Origin: a virus
Taxonomy: Duplodnaviria > Caudoviricetes
Length of the DNA: 59,518 bases
Direction: 5' to 3' (one strand)
IMG/VR virus record: IMGVR_UViG_3300030372_001749
Location: 1 to 59,518 of that record
Translations under genes and position numbers: made by a program
Shown: piece after piece, positions 8,143 to 15,215 of the stretch
Layout: each line of letters starts with the position of its first letter
Numbering within the stretch: position 1 is the stretch's first letter
Notes under the pieces: model-generated
Database searches by the model: none
What the model was told of the DNA's origin: nothing
Seen by the model: the letters and a program-made list of their open reading frames with translations, nothing else

Positions 8143-9710
8143 TCTTTTCTTGCGTGTGTTATAATTGCATTAGTAGTTAGGATAGTTGTAGCAACACTGA
8201 TTGCGTTTGTCAATGCCTGTGTCGTAACCTTCGCTGGGTCTACTACACCCATCTCAAACATATCGCCATACTCTCCTGTTACCACGTTATACCCTTCATT
8301 CTTTTTTAACTTCTTGTCATAGATACTAGCACTATCCAAACCAGCGTTCTTTAAAATCTGTGCTAGTGGGGCACGAAGCGTGTCACGCAAAATTTTATTT
8401 TTAGTACTATCGCCTTTATATTTCTTAGCTAACCTATCTAGTAATAACCCACCACCAGCAACAATACCCTCTTGCAGAGCTGAACGTACCGCACATACCG
8501 CATCATCTACCCTATCGAACTTTTCTTTCTGCTCAATATCAGAGGTAGCACCAACGTATATACAACCTATACCTCCTACTAAACTTGCAATGCGTTCATT
8601 GACAAATTCACGCTCCGCCTTGTTTGTTAATCTCTCCTGTTGCTCACGCAACTCCTCAACCCTCTTAGTAATCTCATCGGTAACCTGGTTATCTTTGATA
8701 ATGATTGTAGAGTCTTTACCTACGATAATCTTGTCTGCATATCCTAGGTCCTCCATACGGATTAGTGACAGGTCATCGCCCGTACTCTCCGAGAAGTATT
8801 TAGCCCCAACAGATAATGCAATATCCTGCATCAGCTCGTGAGAACGGTAACCAAAAGAAGGAACTAAGATGTTACAGAACTTTAAACCGTTTCGCTGAAC
8901 GTTAGCAGCAAGCGTGTTGATAACGTTCCCCGAACAATTCCCAATGATAAGTAACTTCTCGCCACCATTAATGATTGGCTTGAGCACATTCTCAATCTGC
9001 AGGATGTTAGTAATCTCGGTATCACATACCAATATCTTTACACCATCGAGTATACACTCATCCTTACGGTGGTCATTGATAAACATCGGTGAGGTATATC
9101 CCCTATCAACCTTTATCCCATTAGTAACCTCCGCATAGGTCTTGTCGGTTTGTGAACGCTCAACAGTAACAATACCATCATGACCAACCTTTCTATACGC
9201 ATCCGCTATAATCCCGCCAATCTCACTATCGTTATTGGAAGAGATAGTAGCAATATCCTCTAGCATATCATCCGTAACCTCAACAGACTCCTTAGCAATG
9301 TCTGCTAAAAGTTTATCTCCCTCCTTACGAATCTCTCGTACCACCTGTATCGTATTCTCGTTCTCACCAATGTGAGACTCTCCAGCTTTTACCAAAGCCT
9401 CGGTCAATACAATAGCGGTAGTAGTTCCATCACCCGCAGTGTTCGCTGTCTTCTCTGAAGCCTGCTTCATCATACGAACCGCTAAGTTCTCTACAGGGTC
9501 CATTAAGAAAACAGACTTAGCAACCGTTACACCATCCTTGGTAACAGTCAACCCTTGTGTATGTTCACCTGATTCAATTAACACCGTCTGGCCTTGAGGC
9601 CCTAGTGTGCTCTTTACAGCGTTGGAGATTTTTGAGATGCCTGATATTAACTTCTCCCTAGCATCGTCATCGAAAGATAGGTCTTTCGGAATGTACCCTT
9701 GTTCGTTCAT
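8139..9710 (-). CDS. groEL: Chaperonin GroEL (Cpn60)
   Basis: TLGPQG, VTKDGVTVAK, AGDGTTTA, GIVAGGG, GVVDPAKV. Start set at MNEQG, downstream of promoter 9735-9742. No GGM tail. Confidence 0.97.
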   Translation of the reverse strand: MNEQGYIPKDLSFDDDAREKLISGISKISNAVKSTLGPQGQTVLIESGEHTQGLTVTKDGVTVAKSVFLMDPVENLAVRMMKQASEKTANTAGDGTTTAIVLTEALVKAGESHIGENENTIQVVREIRKEGDKLLADIAKESVEVTDDMLEDIATISSNNDSEIGGIIADAYRKVGHDGIVTVERSQTDKTYAEVTNGIKVDRGYTSPMFINDHRKDECILDGVKILVCDTEITNILQIENVLKPIINGGEKLLIIGNCSGNVINTLAANVQRNGLKFCNILVPSFGYRSHELMQDIALSVGAKYFSESTGDDLSLIRMEDLGYADKIIVGKDSTIIIKDNQVTDEITKRVEELREQQERLTNKAEREFVNERIASLVGGIGCIYVGATSDIEQKEKFDRVDDAVCAVRSALQEGIVAGGGLLLDRLAKKYKGDSTKNKILRDTLRAPLAQILKNAGLDSASIYDKKLKKNEGYNVVTGEYGDMFEMGVVDPAKVTTQALTNAISVATTILTTNAIITHARKE

Positions 9711-9744
9711 CGATTTAATTAAATTTAATTTCTGCAAATATAAT

Positions 9745-9957
9745 AAAAATCTTTACATATATAAAATGATATTATGACAATTTTTAAAATCTCTATTTGT
9801 ATATATATATTTACTATTATATATATTATTTTTTTATTTATAAAATTAGTTTAAAATTAACATATCGACATAAATTAATATAACTATACTGAAAACTAAG
9901 AAGTTATGAAAAATGACTTCGACATAATTTCGACATTACTATGTCAACTTGTGTCAT
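9745..9957. other. AT-rich origin-like region A with TYRACAT iterons
   Basis: Non-coding, AT-rich core; TTAACATATCGACATAAA, TTCGACAT twice, inverted ATGTCAA. Confidence 0.5.
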
Positions 9958-9990
9958 AAAAAAAGGGTGGACCTAAGTCACACCCCTTTC
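9958..9990 (-). terminator. Intrinsic terminator
   Basis: GGGTG..GAC-TTAG-GTC-CACCC hairpin followed by T7 on the minus strand. Confidence 0.75.
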
Positions 9991-10011
9991 TTGTCGAACA
10001 AATGGAAACGT

Positions 10012-10206
10012 TTAAAATTCTAATTGTCTAAAATTCTTTTTGTTTTCTGCAAGCTCTATTGCCTCTGCAATCTGATTTATCTTTCTGTCGTTCTTAACAG
10101 CACGCTTAATGCGAGAAGCCTCAGCTATACCAGTTTCTCCATCAGGTCTCTTGTTCATCAACCTACCGTCCTTTACAAATAATCCTTCTACGTAATCGCT
10201 TATCAT
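10012..10206 (-). CDS. Hypothetical protein (GLFVKDGRLMN)
   Basis: Has its own promoter (10222-10229) and terminator. Confidence 0.7.
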   Translation of the reverse strand: MISDYVEGLFVKDGRLMNKRPDGETGIAEASRIKRAVKNDRKINQIAEAIELAENKKNFRQLEF

Positions 10207-10221
10207 GTCTTTTCTTTTTTA

Positions 10222-10229
10222 CAAAGATA
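10222..10229 (-). promoter_or_regulatory. Bacteroidota sigma-A -7 element TATCTTTG (representative minus-strand promoter)
   Basis: TAnnTTTG also at 1331, 6950, 7157, 9735, 38485, 47666, 47989, 48426, 51893 and 54404, each just upstream of a gene start. Confidence 0.75.
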
Positions 10230-10378
10230 TAAAATTTTTTCAGATATCTGGAAGTAAAGGGTTCTACGCCGCCATACGCAACCGACCCCCCATTTAAAAG
10301 TAGGGGGGGCTATGACTTTGTTTAGGCAATTCCCAAATTTTTTCTGCAACTTTTTACCTTTTTTCCTACAGCCCTTGT

Positions 10379-10480
10379 CCTAGCTAGGCTATAGCTGTTG
10401 TGCTACGTAGCTACCTAGCTTTGTCGCTGTTGTCCTAGCTGTAGCTCTAGCTATTTACCTAGTACTAGCTGTAGCTGTGC
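10379..10480. repeat. Short-repeat array (nine TAGCT in about 100 bp)
   Basis: Counted directly; in the non-coding strand-switch region. Confidence 0.85.
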
Positions 10481-10499
10481 GATTATTATCTACTATACA

Positions 10500-10515
10500 G
10501 TCTCGTTAACGAGAC
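10500..10515 (+). repeat. GTCTCG-N4-CGAGAC palindrome, copy 1
   Basis: GTCTCGTTAACGAGAC. Confidence 0.9.
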
Positions 10516-10683
10516 CTTCAAAACATTACGAGACGTAAAGAGGGAAGGCTATATGCCCCCAATGAACAAAAGAATAACAAACAAAAGACCAAATCTTAAA
10601 AAAAATTTCCCTTACTACCATTGGGATACAGAGCAAAATGTAAATTAATTTAAAAAACTGCATTGTAGAACGGATAATTATAC

Positions 10684-10691
10684 TATCTTTG
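10684..10691 (+). promoter_or_regulatory. First early promoter, -7 element TATCTTTG
   Basis: TAnnTTTG with an upstream TTG at about -33. Confidence 0.7.
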
Positions 10692-10695
10692 AACT

Positions 10696-11622
10696 ATGAA
10701 AGCACAAACAATGTACGAAAATATTGCTAACTCGCTGATAGTCAGTAAGTTAGGCCATAAGGCTTGTGTAACTAGCTGTTTATCAGCACAAAACGAAAAA
10801 AAGGCTGATATCAGCACAAATCAATTAATTATGAGTAATGTAACTGTTAACAAATCAGAAGGTTTATTTTTAAACGGTACAGTAGTAAAGAAAGCTATCA
10901 ATAAGGAGGCTGTTCTAGAACATTTGAATATGGCGCAAAAATGTGTAAATGAGAAATTTCGTCAAGAGGTTGAGGCATCAAATCTAATAGCTGATGCTTA
11001 TGCTTGGTTTACATCTAAGAAGTCAGAGGCACAGCGTACGAAATACGCTATCAAATGGACAAAAGAAGAGTTTGGTCAGAAGGCATTTGGCTTATCTAAA
11101 GCACAATTCTACAAGAAGGATGCACTAGGTAAGACAGCTTTAGAAGTTGTTGAAGGTTTTATTACTGCTGATATAACGGTAAGAATGAACGGTCTAAAAC
11201 ACAGTTTATCAATTGAGGCGTGTAACAAATTCACTAACCAATATGTGGTTAAGGATGTAACAAAAATGACTAAGAAGGAAGCAAAAAAATGTATTTCAGA
11301 TGCGATAGCGAAATACGTTGAAGATGCTAAAAACGGTAAGCTATCTAAGGCTAAGGCAAAAGGTAAGTCTGATGCTAAGGATAAGGCTAAAGGTAGTAAG
11401 AATCGTATTACTGTATCGATGTCTAAGTACGGTGGTGACAAAGGAATGTCGCTAAACATAGACAAAGACGGTAAGCTACAAGCGATGACGCCAAACGTAG
11501 ATAAGAAGATGGCGACAAAGCTGATTACTGACCTAGCGAAAGCGTTCAAGGATGCGGGTATCTTCGCTGATGGTAAAGTACCAAGTGAAGTGAAGGCTAT
11601 ACTAGAAACGGTTAAGCTATAG
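10696..11622 (+). CDS. First early protein, Lys/Ala-rich, possible DNA-binding (alternative start 10831)
   Basis: HTH-like TKEEFGQKAFGLSKAQFYK and a basic linker. ATG 10696 would be leaderless; ATG 10831 has a typical A-rich context. Confidence 0.75.
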   Translation: MKAQTMYENIANSLIVSKLGHKACVTSCLSAQNEKKADISTNQLIMSNVTVNKSEGLFLNGTVVKKAINKEAVLEHLNMAQKCVNEKFRQEVEASNLIADAYAWFTSKKSEAQRTKYAIKWTKEEFGQKAFGLSKAQFYKKDALGKTALEVVEGFITADITVRMNGLKHSLSIEACNKFTNQYVVKDVTKMTKKEAKKCISDAIAKYVEDAKNGKLSKAKAKGKSDAKDKAKGSKNRITVSMSKYGGDKGMSLNIDKDGKLQAMTPNVDKKMATKLITDLAKAFKDAGIFADGKVPSEVKAILETVKL

Positions 11623-11630
11623 GAAAAAAT

Positions 11631-11658
11631 GCGAGGGTCTCGTCAGCGAGACCTTCGC
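11631..11658 (+). repeat. Palindrome copy 2 with extended stem
   Basis: GCGAGG-GTCTCG TCAG CGAGAC-CTTCGC. Confidence 0.9.
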
Positions 11659-11659
11659 T

Positions 11660-11708
11660 CCTTACTAGGATGTGTATCCTAGCTGATGATTCCAAAAGGA
11701 TGAAAAGG
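11660..11708 (+). ncRNA. Hammerhead ribozyme, type III
   Basis: CCTTA^ CTAGGAT-GTGT-ATCCTAG CTGATGA T TCC-AAAA-GGA T GAAA AGG. Core CUGAUGA/GAAA and stems I-III present; predicted cut after A11664. Confidence 0.8.
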
Positions 11709-11733
11709 TAACTAAAAATTAAAATTTATTGAA

Positions 11734-11907
11734 ATGAAAAAATTAAATTGGGGAACGTGGTTGTGTATAATCACAGCTGTGTTAAGTATTATTGGAATGT
11801 GTATCTGCGATTGTGTAGATATCAATATGGAAGGGATATTTGCATTAACTACGCTGGCTTCAATCTTTGGAATTATAGCGTCTATGATGGAGGCTGAAGG
11901 ATATTAA
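11734..11907 (+). CDS. 57-aa two-TM membrane protein
   Basis: Read manually: MKKLNWGTWLCIITAVLSIIGMCICDCVD...FALTTLASIFGIIASMMEAEGY. Confidence 0.65.
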   Translation: MKKLNWGTWLCIITAVLSIIGMCICDCVDINMEGIFALTTLASIFGIIASMMEAEGY

Positions 11908-11919
11908 AATTATAAATCA

Positions 11920-11945
11920 GCAGGGTCTCGTCAGCGAGACCTTGC
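11920..11945 (+). repeat. Palindrome copy 3 with extended stem
   Basis: GCAGG-GTCTCG TCAG CGAGAC-CTTGC. Confidence 0.9.
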
Positions 11946-11959
11946 ATAAACCAAAACAA

Positions 11960-12196
11960 ATGAAAACAATTATTAAAACAGTAGTATGTTTAACGATAGC
12001 TTTCACTAGCTACGGACAAACAAAAAAAGACAGCGTGACAATTGATAGATTCCAAGTACAAGAAATCTTAAACACGATTGAGGATTTAATAGAATGGAAT
12101 AAAGAAGATGAGTTTAATGGCCAAGAACCTAGAACGAATGAAAACTATTGGTTAGGTAAAATGAGAGATGAATTAATTAATGAACTAAAAAAATAG
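11960..12196 (+). CDS. Exported small protein (signal peptide)
   Basis: MKTIIKTVVCLTIAFTSYG-Q resembles a Bacteroidota SPI signal with Gln at +1. Confidence 0.65.
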   Translation: MKTIIKTVVCLTIAFTSYGQTKKDSVTIDRFQVQEILNTIEDLIEWNKEDEFNGQEPRTNENYWLGKMRDELINELKK

Positions 12197-12198
12197 GT

Positions 12199-12345
12199 AT
12201 GAGAGAAGAAGAATATTACGACACATTACTTTTGTGTAGTGGCTTTACACAAGAACAAATAAATGATATGTCAGACGAGGACAAAGAAATGAATTTAGGA
12301 ATGTTATACAATGCTATTCATTGTGCGTTTTTTAAAACTAGATAA
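12199..12345 (+). CDS. 48-aa acidic hypothetical
   Basis: Read manually; fills the gap between ORFs. Confidence 0.45.
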   Translation: MREEEYYDTLLLCSGFTQEQINDMSDEDKEMNLGMLYNAIHCAFFKTR

Positions 12346-12346
12346 T

Positions 12347-12538
12347 ATGGAATTTAAACCTAATGAAATGTATTACTGTACAGTAAAGTACGGTGGTACG
12401 GGTGGAACGTATTCCACATACGAGAAAATTTTTAAGAGTGAGTCTCACTACCTTAATTGGTGTACGTTTATGATGCGTAACTACGGTGGAAAGGTATTGG
12501 AGATTAAACATCATTCAGAAATTTTAAAAAATAAATAG
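12347..12538 (+). CDS. Hypothetical early protein
   Basis: ORF track, start moved to MEFKP. Confidence 0.6.
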   Translation: MEFKPNEMYYCTVKYGGTGGTYSTYEKIFKSESHYLNWCTFMMRNYGGKVLEIKHHSEILKNK

Positions 12539-12545
12539 CAAACTA

Positions 12546-12577
12546 TTTGGATATGTGCAATAAATGTATAATATTTG
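12546..12577 (+). promoter_or_regulatory. Early promoter (TTTG-N20-AATATTTG)
   Basis: Similar to promoters at 13341-13363 and 15156-15186; one mismatch to TAnnTTTG. Confidence 0.6.
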
Positions 12578-12602
12578 TACAGATTGATTTAGTGCTGAGG
12601 TA

Positions 12603-12674
12603 GACCATTGAACATTAGGTTGTTATGTAGAGCGATACTACCAATGGTCACGATAAGGGTCTCGTTGACGAGAC
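12603..12674 (+). ncRNA. tRNA-like three-way junction plus palindrome copy 4 (element 1)
   Basis: P1 GACCATTG/CAATGGTC; P2 AACA-TTAGGT-TGTT; P3 GTAG-AGCGATA-CTAC; then GTCTCGTTGACGAGAC. Confidence 0.65.
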
Positions 12675-12700
12675 AAGTATTAATAAATAAACAAACCAAT

Positions 12701-12874
12701 ATGAAAACAATTTTAATTACAATCAGTTTAGTAATTGCATACGGAAGTTATGCAAACGATAATGTCAAAGAAGTTGATGTTATAGAGTATAGAAAAAAGA
12801 AAAGAAAAAAGAAAAAGAAAAAAGGATGTTACAATTCTAGAAGAAGATGGGATAAAAAATATTATATGAAATAA
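12701..12874 (+). CDS. Signal-peptide protein with poly-Lys tail
   Basis: MKTILITISLVIAYGSYA...RKKKRKKKKKKG. Confidence 0.6.
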   Translation: MKTILITISLVIAYGSYANDNVKEVDVIEYRKKKRKKKKKKGCYNSRRRWDKKYYMK

Positions 12875-12886
12875 AAATAAAATAAA

Positions 12887-13309
12887 ATGAGAACAAATAA
12901 TAAAAAAGTACGTGAGAACGTAAGGAAGCATATCCTGGAGAGTATGCACGATTATAATGAAGAAAGTTTTAAAAGTTTTGATGATGCTAGAGAATATCTA
13001 GTAAAAGAATTTATAAGGGTTTACAATCATCAATACAATAAAAATAGATGGCCAAACAATCAAGATAGGTTTCAAAATTATCTAATGGGAATAGTGTTTA
13101 ATTTTAAGTTTACTGATTATGATATTGAAAAGTTTCTAAATGGATTAGGTATAAATCCAAAAGAAAAGAAATATACAGGCGAACAAATGTGGCGAATGTA
13201 TGCCTATCTAATTTGGCGAGAAATACAAGAAACCTATGATGAAATAATTTATATAGAACACAAATCTAAAATGAGGATGGTATCTAGTTATGTGGAATCA
13301 GAATTTTAA
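12887..13309 (+). CDS. Hypothetical early protein
   Basis: 140-aa ORF with A-rich start context. Confidence 0.75.
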   Translation: MRTNNKKVRENVRKHILESMHDYNEESFKSFDDAREYLVKEFIRVYNHQYNKNRWPNNQDRFQNYLMGIVFNFKFTDYDIEKFLNGLGINPKEKKYTGEQMWRMYAYLIWREIQETYDEIIYIEHKSKMRMVSSYVESEF

Positions 13310-13340
13310 ACTAAAAATAATTGAATGAGAACTTTTTAAT

Positions 13341-13363
13341 GTATAATTAATGTATTATATTTG
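13341..13363 (+). promoter_or_regulatory. Early promoter (-7 TATATTTG)
   Basis: GTATAATTAATGTATTATATTTG, near-identical to 15164-15186. Confidence 0.65.
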
Positions 13364-13382
13364 TAGAAAGTTAGTAATAATA

Positions 13383-13454
13383 CTACCATTGAACATAGGA
13401 TGTGAAGCAGAGCAAAACTGACGATGGTAGCGATAAAAGTCTAGTCGACTAGAC
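13383..13454 (+). ncRNA. tRNA-like three-way junction plus palindrome copy 5 (element 2)
   Basis: P1 CTACCATTG/CGATGGTAG; P2 ACA-TAGGA-TGT; P3 CAG-AGCAAAA-CTG; then GTCTAG TCGA CTAGAC. Confidence 0.65.
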
Positions 13455-13478
13455 AAGTATTAATAAAATAAAATAGAT

Positions 13479-13631
13479 ATGAAAAAAGAAATAGAACAGT
13501 TAATTAAATTGATAATTAATCCTATACACCTACAAGATAGTGATAGTGAGGATTATATATCTGATGCAGAAATGGTAGAGATAGTATTAAAAAAATTAAA
13601 AGAGATTGTTAATTATGATGAACACAAATGA
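13479..13631 (+). CDS. 50-aa hypothetical
   Basis: Read manually (MKKEIEQLIKLIINP...). Confidence 0.55.
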   Translation: MKKEIEQLIKLIINPIHLQDSDSEDYISDAEMVEIVLKKLKEIVNYDEHK

Positions 13632-13848
13632 AAAAATACATAAGGCATTCAATCCAAAGAAGAGGATTGTAGAAGAGAATGAGTATAAACCAAAGCTAAG
13701 GATTCAAAGTTCGGTATATCCATCTGATGAAGAAAGGCAATGGTATCCTACAATAACTGCAGTAAACAATGCAGATAGACGTAGAACATTCGACCATTTT
13801 GATGAGGAGTTACTAAATAGAATCTTAGATATTAAACAAAATAAATAA
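13615..13848 (+). CDS. Hypothetical early protein
   Basis: ORF track, ATG start. Confidence 0.6.
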   Translation: MMNTNEKIHKAFNPKKRIVEENEYKPKLRIQSSVYPSDEERQWYPTITAVNNADRRRTFDHFDEELLNRILDIKQNK

Positions 13849-13849
13849 T

Positions 13850-13880
13850 GTCTCGTTGACGAGACCTAATATAAATAAAA
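13850..13880 (+). repeat. Palindrome copy 6 within a 31-bp repeat identical to 16586-16616
   Basis: GTCTCGTTGACGAGACCTAATATAAATAAAA. Confidence 0.9.
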
Positions 13881-13891
13881 AAATAGAACAA

Positions 13892-14164
13892 ATGAATAAA
13901 TTAGAAAAAGTGTTAGAACAAATTGATGAACAAGTAATGAGCATATGTAGTGAACATATGAAAGGAGATTGTATAATAGATGATACACTAGAACATCATA
14001 TACTAGGAATCAAAAGAGGTATTATTGATACATATGGTGTACCATATCATTTAGAACCACATTGGAATGGTAGTCATACATTTAAGATTGTATTTGATGA
14101 TGACAATTTCAATGCAGATATGGAGGCACAAGATTATGATGTGTTTGGAGAAAATAAAATATAA
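13892..14164 (+). CDS. Hypothetical early protein
   Basis: Start moved to the TAGAACAAATG context. Confidence 0.65.
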   Translation: MNKLEKVLEQIDEQVMSICSEHMKGDCIIDDTLEHHILGIKRGIIDTYGVPYHLEPHWNGSHTFKIVFDDDNFNADMEAQDYDVFGENKI

Positions 14165-14181
14165 ACTAAAAAATAGAACAG

Positions 14182-14382
14182 ATGGAAAATAACATTGGTA
14201 AAGTAGTAAGGGTAGTAGAACAACCATCAATTATTGGAGAGATAATCAGAATGGATGGACATAAATTTGTCATTAGAGAATATGATATAATAGATGATGA
14301 AGGAGACAATACACTTATCTTTCATAGTGATGAAGTAGAATTTATTAACGAACTAAAAACAAATAGAACAGATGAAAAGTAA
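14182..14382 (+). CDS. Small SH3-like hypothetical
   Basis: IGKVVRVV...IGEII beta pattern. Confidence 0.6.
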   Translation: MENNIGKVVRVVEQPSIIGEIIRMDGHKFVIREYDIIDDEGDNTLIFHSDEVEFINELKTNRTDEK

Positions 14383-14659
14383 ATGGACAGTAGATGATTA
14401 TAAAAAATCATATGATGATAGAATGGATAAGGCATTTAGAGATATGAAGAAGGAGGGATTAGAGGATTATGATAGCCATCAATTTATTGTAGACGAAGGA
14501 GATTTTACTTCAGAAGAAATAGTAGGTTATTACTATGAAACGTATCGAGATAAAGCCAAAGAAATGTGGGAATCCAATACTAAAGATAGGGATAAAAGAT
14601 TATCTGAAGCATATAGAGTTCGTGCTAAACAAGTAGATATGATATTTAATAAAATATAA
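14372..14659 (+). CDS. Hypothetical early protein
   Basis: ORF track. Confidence 0.65.
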   Translation: MKSKWTVDDYKKSYDDRMDKAFRDMKKEGLEDYDSHQFIVDEGDFTSEEIVGYYYETYRDKAKEMWESNTKDRDKRLSEAYRVRAKQVDMIFNKI

Positions 14660-14676
14660 ACTAAAAAATAGAACAG

Positions 14677-14859
14677 ATGGGAGCAATTAAAGAAAGACGA
14701 CTGGAGTTACTAGATGATTTAGTAACGATGATAATTAAAGAAAAGTATGGCGACAGTATGTATAAGAACTGTGGAATACACCTAAAAGATAAGGTGTTAG
14801 ATACATACGAGAGGGTGTATGATGAGGTGGAAGAAATATTTATAAATTATATAGACTAA
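14677..14859 (+). CDS. Hypothetical early protein
   Basis: ORF track. Confidence 0.6.
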   Translation: MGAIKERRLELLDDLVTMIIKEKYGDSMYKNCGIHLKDKVLDTYERVYDEVEEIFINYID

Positions 14860-14862
14860 ATA

Positions 14863-14880
14863 GGTCTCGTTGACGAGACC
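14863..14880 (+). repeat. Palindrome copy 7
   Basis: GGTCTCGTTGACGAGACC. Confidence 0.9.
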
Positions 14881-14906
14881 AAGTATTAACCAAAACAAAA
14901 ACAATT

Positions 14907-15119
14907 ATGAGAGAAGAATTTAATAAGTTATTTGATGTGCTAGTTGACCATCAACTAGCAACAAAAGAAGAAATAGTTTTAGTGTGTTGTATCAATGGAC
15001 ACAACCTAGAATCTTTAGAAAGTATTCTATATGCTAGAACATTATATCGTTCACTAGCACAATATATGATGTGTGAAGCTGACGAATGTTTATATGATAA
15101 AGAACAAGAAAAAATATGA
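14907..15119 (+). CDS. Hypothetical early protein
   Basis: ATKEEIVLVCCING...LESILYART. Confidence 0.65.
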   Translation: MREEFNKLFDVLVDHQLATKEEIVLVCCINGHNLESLESILYARTLYRSLAQYMMCEADECLYDKEQEKI

Positions 15120-15155
15120 TTGATGAATATATTTTTAAAATAATTACACAACAGC

Positions 15156-15186
15156 TTGTATATGTATAATTAATGTGTTATATTTG
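15156..15186 (+). promoter_or_regulatory. Early promoter TTG-N20-TATATTTG
   Basis: Fits the Bacteroidota -33/-7 consensus. Confidence 0.7.
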
Positions 15187-15215
15187 TACATAATATTAAC
15201 AATAAAAAAACAATT

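Larger units (their letters stand above)
14153..14680 (+). repeat. Perfect 33-bp direct repeats (14153-14185, 14648-14680) spanning stop-to-start junctions
   Basis: AATAAAATATAAACTAAAAAATAGAACAGATGG twice; partial copy at 14351-14374. Confidence 0.9.

Noticed and set aside
12603-12650. Canonical tRNA genes
   Set aside because: Only about 47 nt, no anticodon arm, no TTC, no CCA; kept as tRNA-like elements.
11636-14880. Inward-facing BsaI/BsmAI sites (GGTCTC-N6-GAGACC) as a cloning artefact
   Set aside because: Copies vary naturally, one has lost the site through a compensatory change, and such sites would be removed in a Golden Gate product.
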